From Nostocaceae cyanobacterium (lineage in GTDB: Bacteria; Cyanobacteriota; Cyanobacteriia; Cyanobacteriales; Nostocaceae), in assembly GCA_035298905.1 (NCBI GenBank), contig DATGXQ010000126.1, forward strand, positions 1,296 through 65,295: 64,000 bases of DNA, written 5' to 3'. This document shows, in pieces, positions 38,577 through 47,009 of this stretch. Position 1 is the first letter of the stretch; the number at the start of each line of letters is the position of its first letter. A program made the position numbers and the translations under genes. A model generated the notes under the pieces. The model worked only from the letters and a program-made list of their open reading frames with translations, ran no database searches and was not told the origin of the DNA.

Positions 38577-39203
38577 ATGAGTTTTTATCCAGAACTCGAT
38601 AACCTCAATTTAGAAGAACTCGCTAATCGCTTTCAACTTCCACCACCAGCAGGAGAAAGTGAAGCTTTATACTACCAAGAAATAGCTGATATAATAGCCA
38701 ACACAGGTAAAGCAGGTATAGACTTTCTATTTAGCAAAATTAATGATGCAAACACAGTACGATTACAAGCAATTATCTTTGCGCTGACAGGAGCAAAATT
38801 AGAAAATTCTCAACTCAAAAGTTTATTAATTAACTATCTTCATAATCAAAATCCCTCAATTGTTATGGAAGCAATAGAGGGTTTAATTAGATTAGAAGCA
38901 AAAGAAACAAAAAATGAGATTTTAGCTTTGCGTGAACATTCTTCGCAATATGTAAGAAGTAGTGTTTTGCGCTATATCAGTAAGTTATATCCTGAAGAAG
39001 CACTACCTTTATTAATAGAAGGCTTGAAAGATCCAGATTATGTTGTGCGGGAAAGTGCAGCCGATGAACTAGGAGAATTAGAAGCTGTAGAAGCCATAGA
39101 ATATCTACAACCACTAACAGAAGATGCTCATCCAGATGTTAGACAAGCTGCACAAACCAGTATTGAAATATTAAGAGGAAATTTTTCTTACAGCATTTCT
39201 TGA
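38577..39203 (+). CDS. HEAT-repeat (PBS-lyase-type repeat) protein
   Basis: DPDYVVRESAADELGEL and HPDVRQAAQTSIEIL repeats. Confidence 0.65.
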   Translation: MSFYPELDNLNLEELANRFQLPPPAGESEALYYQEIADIIANTGKAGIDFLFSKINDANTVRLQAIIFALTGAKLENSQLKSLLINYLHNQNPSIVMEAIEGLIRLEAKETKNEILALREHSSQYVRSSVLRYISKLYPEEALPLLIEGLKDPDYVVRESAADELGELEAVEAIEYLQPLTEDAHPDVRQAAQTSIEILRGNFSYSIS

Positions 39204-39233
39204 TTGAGGATAAATTATGAATATGTAAATTTT

Positions 39234-39261
39234 GTAGAGATGTTACATGGAACGTCTCTAC
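39234..39261. repeat. hairpin repeat GTAGAGATGTT-ACATGG-AACGTCTCTAC between convergent genes
   Basis: 11-bp arms with one mismatch. A half-copy GAACGTCTCTAC occurs near 18790. Confidence 0.7.
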
Positions 39262-39291
39262 GTTTTAGAGAATTATTTATTGCTGTAAATA

Positions 39292-39792
39292 TCAACCTTT
39301 AACCATTTCAAATTCTAATTGATGATTCTTGCGAAAATCATAACTACCAAAATCTACAATATTGGTATCACTCAATTCTAAATTATAAAAATTGACAAAA
39401 TCATGATCAAAGTAGGGGCCAGCGTGCCAAGTACCTTCATTTAGTTTAATAAAACAGTTTCCGGGAATATAAAAAGCAGCAAGTTTTTCTAAATTAGGTT
39501 GATCACTGTCATTATTTGGTGGACAAACTGCCATAAACCAATCTTTTCCTTCTAATGCACCTAAACATTGAGTACATTTTACATGACGTGCAATGTTGTG
39601 AAATTTTCTTCCTCTTTTCTCCAAACGCATAATATAAAATCTTGGAATACCATTTTGTAAATTTAATTGTGCATCTGTTTCATCAAATGGTTTACCGTCA
39701 TGGCTGGGAAAAATCACTTGTCCATAACTTTGAAAATTTTCTGGTGTAATCAATTCTGCTTTGATTTGTTGCAATGTTGGAGATGCATTCAT
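39292..39792 (-). CDS. ureidoglycolate lyase (AllA-like) family protein
   Basis: LITPENFQSYGQVI...PRFYIMRL...GTWHAGPYF resembles the AllA cupin from memory. The ATG at 39792 is the likely start. Confidence 0.5.
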   Translation of the reverse strand: MNASPTLQQIKAELITPENFQSYGQVIFPSHDGKPFDETDAQLNLQNGIPRFYIMRLEKRGRKFHNIARHVKCTQCLGALEGKDWFMAVCPPNNDSDQPNLEKLAAFYIPGNCFIKLNEGTWHAGPYFDHDFVNFYNLELSDTNIVDFGSYDFRKNHQLEFEMVKG

Positions 39793-39928
39793 AAAAAAAT
39801 CCTTATCTGTGCAATTTTGATTATAGCGTTTCCTGTTTGCCAGCAATAGATTATAATTTTTCCTTAGAGTGATGCTATATATCACTAAAGGAAAGTGTCA
39901 AGGTTTTTCAATGTGTGAGGGGTAATCT

Positions 39929-40984
39929 ATGGAAGCTAATTTTAGCCGCAGAAAATTCATAATTTATGGTGCAGCTACCTTTAGTACTAGCTTACTTTTA
40001 AAAGCGTGTGCTAACAACTCCTCACCTACACCAACAGAGACAATTAGTGGAAATGGATTTAAAATAGCGATCGCACTTCCCGGAGTCATCACAGATCAAG
40101 CTTGGAATCAGTCCGGTTACGAAGGTGTAAACCTTGCAAAACAAAGTTTAGGTGCAGAAATCGCTTATGTCGAAAAAGTAGCACAAGCGGATCAAGCGGA
40201 AGTATTAACAGATTTTGCTCGTAAAGGCTACAATGTAGTATTTGCTCATGGTGGACAGTTTGATGCAGCTGTAGAACAAGTTGCGTCACAATTTCCTAAT
40301 ACCTTTTTTATAGCAGTTAACGGTTCTATCAAAGGTGAAAATATCGCTGCTTTGCGAATAGACCATATCCAAGCCAGTTATTTATGCGGGATTATTGGTG
40401 CTACGCTAACCAAATCTAATAAATTAGCCTATATTGCTGGACAGGAATTTGAGGCTACCCAACAAGAATTAAGAGGCTTTGAATTAGGAGCAAAATCAGT
40501 TAAACCTAATATCCAAATCACATCTACTTTTACAGGTGACTGGAATGATATCGCTAAAGCTAAAGAAGCAACTCTCGCTTTAATTTCTACAGGCAATGAT
40601 GTGATTTTCCAATGGTTAGATAATGCCTCACCCATAGTTTTACAAACTGCTAGTGATAAAGGTGTTTATGCCTTTGGTAATACAAAAGACCAGTTAGACA
40701 TTGCCCCTAAAGCAGTATTAACCAGTGCTGTAAAACGGTTAGATTTAGCTATAGAGTTTTTAGCAAAATTAGCACAGGAAAAGAAATTAAAAGGAGAAAT
40801 CTATACAATAGGCTTAGAAAAACCAGATATACTAAATTTAGGTAAATTTGGGGCAGCAGTTACGGAAGCAGTACAGCAAAAAGTCCAAACTGTCAAAACA
40901 GAAATCGTTAGTAAGAAAATTGTGTTTGAACCATGTAAAGAAGGCGATAAAGATACGCTCTGTATAAAGTCTGCCTCAAAATAA
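39929..40984 (+). CDS. BMP-family (PnrA/Med-like) ABC transporter substrate-binding lipoprotein
   Basis: Lipobox LLLKAC, then FKIAIALPGVITDQAWNQSGYEG. Confidence 0.8.
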   Translation: MEANFSRRKFIIYGAATFSTSLLLKACANNSSPTPTETISGNGFKIAIALPGVITDQAWNQSGYEGVNLAKQSLGAEIAYVEKVAQADQAEVLTDFARKGYNVVFAHGGQFDAAVEQVASQFPNTFFIAVNGSIKGENIAALRIDHIQASYLCGIIGATLTKSNKLAYIAGQEFEATQQELRGFELGAKSVKPNIQITSTFTGDWNDIAKAKEATLALISTGNDVIFQWLDNASPIVLQTASDKGVYAFGNTKDQLDIAPKAVLTSAVKRLDLAIEFLAKLAQEKKLKGEIYTIGLEKPDILNLGKFGAAVTEAVQQKVQTVKTEIVSKKIVFEPCKEGDKDTLCIKSASK

Positions 40985-41061
40985 ATTATCAAATTCCTAC
41001 AGAATTTTTGCTGATTTACACTTCTATATGATACCCTTGAATATAGTAATAAAAACCATCT

Positions 41062-41502
41062 TCATTTTATTTTCGCACCTGACTTTATCTTACGCAAGGT
41101 GATTGAACTAGATGATGAATCACTATATTCAACATTAATAACACAATAGCGATCGCTTCCCAGAGAAATCACACTGCCAGTGAATACCATCTCCTCGCGT
41201 GACTGCTGTGAGGTAGGGTCAAGGATTGCAAGGATTGCACTCGTACGAGGTGCTATCACACCCTTATCATTTGGTAGCTCCCTTTCCCAAATATTAGCAA
41301 CACCTACTCGATAGTTGGAAATTGTCCCTACTGTGTTTGAGCCGATTGTTATCTCATTACTAATCGTTGCTTTCTCCAAAGAACCACAGGTCGAACGTAC
41401 TAATAATGACCTTGGTATTTTTGGGGTGGTAGTTTTCGGTGCTGTACAGGCGAGTAATCCCCAAGCAATTATCGCTGCAAATACCAATTTTTTATCGACC
41501 AT
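41062..41502 (-). CDS. lipoprotein, paralog 2 (candidate immunity/inhibitor)
   Basis: MVDKKLVFAAIIAWGLLAC (lipobox). By eye about 60-65% identical to the upstream 140-aa protein. Confidence 0.6.
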   Translation of the reverse strand: MVDKKLVFAAIIAWGLLACTAPKTTTPKIPRSLLVRSTCGSLEKATISNEITIGSNTVGTISNYRVGVANIWERELPNDKGVIAPRTSAILAILDPTSQQSREEMVFTGSVISLGSDRYCVINVEYSDSSSSSITLRKIKSGAKIK

Positions 41503-41576
41503 TGATAATAGCCTCAATGAAGAATGAGCGCACTTTGTCAAGTGCATCCATCTTTTTTACTTCTTGTTCTTATGCT

Positions 41577-41999
41577 TTACGGTATCTTCCGCAGAGTAAC
41601 TGAACCGTATTTTGAGTTTCCTCCATCAACATGAACAACACAGTAGCGATCGGTTCCCAGGGAAATTACACTGCCAGCAAATACATCCTCATCATGTGAC
41701 TGCTTTGTGCTAGGGTCAAGGATCGCAAGAATTGCACTTATACGAGGTGCTATCACACCTTTATCATCTGGGAGCTCCCGTTCCCCAACATTAACAACAC
41801 CTACTGCATAGTTGGATATTGTCCCTACTGTGTTTTCATTGATAGTTATTTCATCACTAATCATTGGTTTCTCCACAAAACTACAGGTCGAAGGTACTAC
41901 TGATGATTTAGATATTTTTGCAGGGGTGGTTGTTGGTGCTGCACAAGCGATCGCTCCCCAAACAATTATTGCTGTACATACCAATTTTTGATCAACCAT
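41577..41999 (-). CDS. lipoprotein, paralog 1 (candidate immunity/inhibitor)
   Basis: MVDQKLVCTAIIVWGAIAC (lipobox). Its start overlaps the stop of the protease gene by 8 nt. Confidence 0.6.
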   Translation of the reverse strand: MVDQKLVCTAIIVWGAIACAAPTTTPAKISKSSVVPSTCSFVEKPMISDEITINENTVGTISNYAVGVVNVGERELPDDKGVIAPRISAILAILDPSTKQSHDEDVFAGSVISLGTDRYCVVHVDGGNSKYGSVTLRKIP

Positions 42000-43185
42000 T
42001 AATCATAACCTCAGCGAAGAATTTGTGCACTGTTTCGATGTCCATCCATCCATCACCGCGTGGGTGGCGGTAACCCCAAGGATTGAACAGCTTAGTTCGT
42101 TTCTGGGATGGGTCTACATCTATGATGGTATAGGCGTGATTGAAGGGTATACGTTCACTATTAAATATCGCTATCGCTTCTCTTGAAGCCTTTTGTTCTT
42201 CGGGTGAGCTAACCGTTATCATTTGCTTATTCTTCTTCGCCTGAACCAATATATTCATGAAATCATCTACGGATATTTTCTGCGGATTGAAAGCACCTAC
42301 TTTTTTATTAGTCATATCTTTGATCGCACTTGCAGGACTACCGCCATTATTAATCGCGTCAATCCCGCCTTTCTGCTGTGCGTAAGCTTTCTCAATGATG
42401 AGTGGCCAAAAAGCCTTGCGATCCATCACTTTCCCATGCTTACCAACCAAGAAGTCTGCTGTGACTGTCTGTTTAGCTCGCCAATGGGCGAAGCCAATCC
42501 CCTTGAATGTTACGGTATAAGTGCCATTCCCGTTATCCTGAATCATGTTGACTATTAGCTGGGGATCTTTGTTGACGATCGCAGCCATAGCCGCAAAGAA
42601 AAAGCAGTTATTGACTCCACCTTGTCCAATGTCGTCCAAGCTGGGTGGGAGGATATTTCCTTTTTTATCTCTAGCCCAGAGTGTAGCTCCTGGTATACGG
42701 TGTGTAGGCTGCGTTGGTTTTGGTTTATTACCCTTGAGTTGAATAAGTGGATCGATGGGAGTCTTGACTGGTGTTTTTTCCTCTGATTCCTGGTGCTGAA
42801 TCCTATTCACCAAGGGTTTGAGCCTGATTTGTTGGTCTTCCTGTTGTTCCTTGGTTTGGAAAGATGGAGTTTCAGGTGCATGAATGTGTTGCACTACTTC
42901 CTGTGCTACTTGATCCGCTTCTTGCGCGTATTTGTCACCAATTTGACCAATTTTGAGTTTTAGCTGTATTGTAGGAGGTTTGTGGGTTGGGCGATTAGTA
43001 ACTATAGATGAATCGTGGTAGTTCCCTTCAGATGCTTTGATTTTTTCATATTCTTCTGCTGATATTGGTTTTCTTTCTTCCTGTTTGGGTTGCAAAAAGA
43101 ATTTGGATGGTACAAATTGATTTGTAGGTGGTGTATGAGCAGATTTTGAGGAGTTTTGGTTATTCCTCTGTTGTTTATGGTACAT
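41992..43185 (-). CDS. calpain-type (peptidase C2-like) cysteine protease with a DUF4157-style N-terminal leader
   Basis: Triad contexts QGGVNNCFFFAAMAAI, FNHAYTIIDV and KLFNPWGY. Leader IQLKLKIGQIGDKYAQEADQVAQEVV. Confidence 0.7.
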   Translation of the reverse strand: MYHKQQRNNQNSSKSAHTPPTNQFVPSKFFLQPKQEERKPISAEEYEKIKASEGNYHDSSIVTNRPTHKPPTIQLKLKIGQIGDKYAQEADQVAQEVVQHIHAPETPSFQTKEQQEDQQIRLKPLVNRIQHQESEEKTPVKTPIDPLIQLKGNKPKPTQPTHRIPGATLWARDKKGNILPPSLDDIGQGGVNNCFFFAAMAAIVNKDPQLIVNMIQDNGNGTYTVTFKGIGFAHWRAKQTVTADFLVGKHGKVMDRKAFWPLIIEKAYAQQKGGIDAINNGGSPASAIKDMTNKKVGAFNPQKISVDDFMNILVQAKKNKQMITVSSPEEQKASREAIAIFNSERIPFNHAYTIIDVDPSQKRTKLFNPWGYRHPRGDGWMDIETVHKFFAEVMING

Positions 43186-43424
43186 TTCCTTTTGCTTGGT
43201 GGTATTTGGTAATAATGCAGTAGCGCGTATTCATAACGAATTACAAGTAGTATGACATACTACCTTAAGAATTGATAGCCTTATCTATACAAATTTTATA
43301 ATTATTTCTACTGGTAAATACTTACTTGATGTTTTGATCAACTAATCGCGCCTATTATTTCGCTCCCAAATGCTGGGAAACAGACGATCGCCCACCGCAA
43401 GCGATCGCCTATTCATCTCTTTTA

Positions 43425-44285
43425 CTAAAAAACTCCAACCCAACCTTTTATTTCTGCTTCAGTTAAAGGTCTTTCTAATTTTGCATATTCACTTTTAGCA
43501 GCTTGTAAAATGTGTTTCATTTGCACATCTTCACCTGCATCCGCAGCCAAGAAAGCTGCATTTAAGGCAATATTACGAATATTACCTCCAGATACATTTA
43601 ACTGTGCTAACAATTCGGGGTCTAAATCTTTGGTTGGTGTCTGTTTGGGGAAAATCCGTTGCCAAATTTCAGCCCGTTGGTTAGCATCAGGAAAGGGAAA
43701 TTGCACAATAAATCGAATCCGGCGTAAAAAGGCTTGGTCTAGTGAACTTTTTAAGTTAGTAGTGAGGATTGCTAAACCCCGATAGGCTTCCATTCTTTGT
43801 AGTAAATAACCCACTTCGATATTTGCATGACGGTCATGGCTATCTTTGACTTCACTACGTTTCCCAAATAAAGCATCAGCTTCATCAAACAGTAAGATAG
43901 CACCGCCATATTCTGCTGCATCAAATACCCGACGCAGATTTTTTTCTGTTTCCCCGATATATTTACTAACTACTTGGCTTAAATCTATGCGGTACAAATC
44001 TAAATTTAATTCATTCGCAATCACCTCTGCGGCTAAAGTTTTACCTGTACCACTAGCACCGGCAAATAAGGCACTAATGCCTAAACCCCGACCACCTTTT
44101 TTACCGAATCCCCACTTTTCATAAACTGTCATTCTTTGACGGACATGAGCAGAAATATCTTGTAATACTTGACGCTGGTTATCTGGTAAAATTAAATCTT
44201 CCCATGTTGTACCTGGTTCTATGGGTTGGGCTAGTTCATGCAATCGGGGGCGGGCTTGAGAACGACAACTATCCCAAATAATCAT
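43425..44285 (-). CDS. AAA+ ATPase, short form (resembles the C-terminal module of Afp15-type, contractile-injection-system-associated ATPases)
   Basis: Walker A GASGTGKT, Walker B LLFDEADALF and second region of homology TTNLKSSLDQAFLRR. Confidence 0.75.
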   Translation of the reverse strand: MIIWDSCRSQARPRLHELAQPIEPGTTWEDLILPDNQRQVLQDISAHVRQRMTVYEKWGFGKKGGRGLGISALFAGASGTGKTLAAEVIANELNLDLYRIDLSQVVSKYIGETEKNLRRVFDAAEYGGAILLFDEADALFGKRSEVKDSHDRHANIEVGYLLQRMEAYRGLAILTTNLKSSLDQAFLRRIRFIVQFPFPDANQRAEIWQRIFPKQTPTKDLDPELLAQLNVSGGNIRNIALNAAFLAADAGEDVQMKHILQAAKSEYAKLERPLTEAEIKGWVGVF

Positions 44286-44427
44286 ATCTAAAGGTGTTTG
44301 ATCTCCTTGGTCTATTTAGCGTCAGTACATTGATGCTTACTATAATCAAAAGTGTAACTTATTATTTAGTCACTATTGCTGAATTAAATTGGTAAATTTT
44401 AATATAATTACAGTATGTCACTTTTAA

Positions 44428-45918
44428 TTGCAAAATAATAAAATGATGCACTTACGCCTAGAAAATATAACTAAAGGCTTTGGTTCTTTTCTTGCTAACG
44501 ATAATATTAGTTTGAGTATAGAAGCTGGAAAAATTCATGCAATTTTAGGTGAAAATGGTGCAGGTAAATCTACTTTAATGAATATTATTAGTGGTCTTTA
44601 TCAACCAGATGCAGGACAAATCTATTTAGAAGAACAACCGGTAAAAATTACTTCACCTTATCAAGCGATTAAGTTGGGTATTGGCATGATTTATCAACAT
44701 TTTATGCTTGTACCCCAATTAAGTGTAGCAGAAAATATTATTTTAGGAACTGAAAATAATTGGCGATTGAATCTGCATCAAAAATCACAAGAAATTGCTA
44801 CTTTATCTCAAGCTTATCAATTAGAAATTAACCCTAAAGCTAAAGTAGAAGATTTACCAGTAGGAATGCAACAAAGGGTAGAAATTCTTAAAGTTCTTTA
44901 TCGTCAAGCCAAATTATTAATTTTGGATGAACCAACAGCAGTTTTAACACCTCCAGAAATCACTGCATTAATGAATATTTTGCGTCAATTAGCAGCAAAA
45001 GGAAACACAATTATTTTTATTAGTCATAAATTAGAAGAAGTAATGAATTTATGTGATACAATTACAGTATTACGTAAAGGTAAAGTTGTCGCAACAACAG
45101 ATATTAAAACTACGACACCACAGCAGTTAGCTAATTTAATGGTAGGACGAGATGTGGTGTTAAATTTGCAAAAGTCACCAGCAAAATCAGGAAAGGTAGT
45201 GTTATCAGTAGAGGGTTTACAAGTCGCAGACGATCGCGGCCTGTTGGCAGTTCGTAATATATCTTTACAATTACGGGAAGGGGAAATTTTAGGGGTTGCT
45301 GGTGTAGACGGAAATGGACAGCGAGAGTTAGCTGACGCTATAGCTGGTTTACGAAAACTACAAAAGGGAAAAATGCAAATTGCAGGAAACATAGTCAAAA
45401 TAGGATATATCCCAGAAGATAGACAAAAAATCGGTTTAGTGATGCAGTTTAATATTGGTGAAAATTTAATTTTAAAGGCTTTTAATCAATTACCATTTTC
45501 TCGTTATTTTCTATTACAAAAATCAGCTATTAAAAACCATGCCAAAAGAGCGATACAAGATTATGATATTCGCGGAATAGGGGAAAATACACAAGTCAGC
45601 TATTTATCAGGAGGAAATCAACAAAAAGTAGTTTTAGCACGAGAATTAGCGGGAGAACCTACCTTGATTATAGCAATGCAACCCACGCGGGGGCTAGATG
45701 TAGGAGCGATGGAAGCAGTACATCACAAGTTATTAAAAGAACGCGATCGCGGTGCAGCGATTTTGTATATTTCTACTGAGTTAGAGGAAGTCATAGCCAT
45801 GAGCGATCGCATTGCAGTAATGTACAAAGGTGAATTTGTAGAGATTTTGGAAGCTGAAAATGCCACAGCTGAAAAAATTGGTTTGTTGATGGGTGGTGGG
45901 AAGATTATTGATAACTAA
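44428..45918 (+). CDS. ABC transporter ATP-binding protein with duplicated ATPase domains (nucleoside/sugar type)
   Basis: GENGAGKST, LSGGNQQK and two ABC cassettes. Confidence 0.85.
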   Translation: MQNNKMMHLRLENITKGFGSFLANDNISLSIEAGKIHAILGENGAGKSTLMNIISGLYQPDAGQIYLEEQPVKITSPYQAIKLGIGMIYQHFMLVPQLSVAENIILGTENNWRLNLHQKSQEIATLSQAYQLEINPKAKVEDLPVGMQQRVEILKVLYRQAKLLILDEPTAVLTPPEITALMNILRQLAAKGNTIIFISHKLEEVMNLCDTITVLRKGKVVATTDIKTTTPQQLANLMVGRDVVLNLQKSPAKSGKVVLSVEGLQVADDRGLLAVRNISLQLREGEILGVAGVDGNGQRELADAIAGLRKLQKGKMQIAGNIVKIGYIPEDRQKIGLVMQFNIGENLILKAFNQLPFSRYFLLQKSAIKNHAKRAIQDYDIRGIGENTQVSYLSGGNQQKVVLARELAGEPTLIIAMQPTRGLDVGAMEAVHHKLLKERDRGAAILYISTELEEVIAMSDRIAVMYKGEFVEILEAENATAEKIGLLMGGGKIIDN

Positions 45919-46457
45919 TAATTTCCCAATAACAAAGGTAGTGCCATACTAACTATTAGAGCATAAATAAAATCAAACCACACAATTCTCAAAAGATTGG
46001 CAATTCTGAACAATAAGGCAAGAATTTGACAGAAAAAGTAAAGAATATTTTCAGCAGTACCTTTCTTGATTTCTTTAAATACATTCAAAAAATTCTTTAT
46101 ATCTTCATTGCTAGGAAAAGCGTGCATACCAATAGAATAGCCAACCCAGATGAGCAGAAAAGTAATCAAAGGATTAGTGTCTGCGTCTTTTGTCAGAAAT
46201 TCCGATAAAACGACAGGATAAGTTAATACTGCACAAAGTATAGTATTAATAATTAAAGGTCCAACAGCAATTAACAATGCGTCTTTTAAATTCCTTACTT
46301 TCCCATGTTCAACATAACCAGCAGGATTTCCAATCCGAAAATAACAAACTTCGTACACAGGTACTTTTGCCAAATCGCAGAAAAATTTGTGTGCAGCTTC
46401 GTGAACAACCACACCGGGAAAAGTAGCTAAAGAAATTAACCAACCAGGAATAAACAT
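45915..46457 (-). CDS. membrane protein with an HExxH motif (DUF3267-like putative zincin)
   Basis: VVHEAAHKF at the N-terminus and 4 TM segments. Its stop overlaps the convergent ABC ATPase stop. Confidence 0.5.
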   Translation of the reverse strand: MFIPGWLISLATFPGVVVHEAAHKFFCDLAKVPVYEVCYFRIGNPAGYVEHGKVRNLKDALLIAVGPLIINTILCAVLTYPVVLSEFLTKDADTNPLITFLLIWVGYSIGMHAFPSNEDIKNFLNVFKEIKKGTAENILYFFCQILALLFRIANLLRIVWFDFIYALIVSMALPLLLGNY

Positions 46458-46459
46458 AT

Positions 46460-46855
46460 TTAGATTATATAAAATTTATCGAGATTTTTTTTGTATTTTT
46501 CAGGTATAGCTTTAGCCAGTCTTTGAACATCGGATTTATCTAAAATCAAACCTTTTAAATAAGATTCACCTTTTTCTATATCTGCTGGCTGGCCTTTAGT
46601 AAAATAAACCTCTGCTAAAGATATTTTAGCTTCTTGGGAACTAGGAATCTTGACTAAAACAGCTTCGTAATTCTTGATTGCTTCTGTATATTGTCGATTC
46701 TTATAGGCTTCCTGTCCAATTTTGAGTTCTTTGGAAGCTACAAAATATTTAGGGACAAAAATTAGGGAATATAATAAAGAAGCAAAAACAACAGCACCAA
46801 GGACTGTTACCCATAGAGGGTATTTGTGTGGTGCAACAGTATTAACGTTACTCAT
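46460..46855 (-). CDS. membrane-anchored TPR-like protein
   Basis: One TM segment, then YKNRQYTEAIKNYEAVL (TPR-like). Confidence 0.5.
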   Translation of the reverse strand: MSNVNTVAPHKYPLWVTVLGAVVFASLLYSLIFVPKYFVASKELKIGQEAYKNRQYTEAIKNYEAVLVKIPSSQEAKISLAEVYFTKGQPADIEKGESYLKGLILDKSDVQRLAKAIPEKYKKNLDKFYII

Positions 46856-47009
46856 GCTTTTGTTAGGTCTTGGGCTTGAGTCTTGATTGAAAGTGAGATA
46901 ATTTTTTTGGAAAAATCTATTTGTGAGTATAATATAAAACTACTGAACACTTTTTGTCAAGTTAACCATAGTAATTTTTTGGGCAGCAATAATTTCTCAA
47001 GTTAATTTA

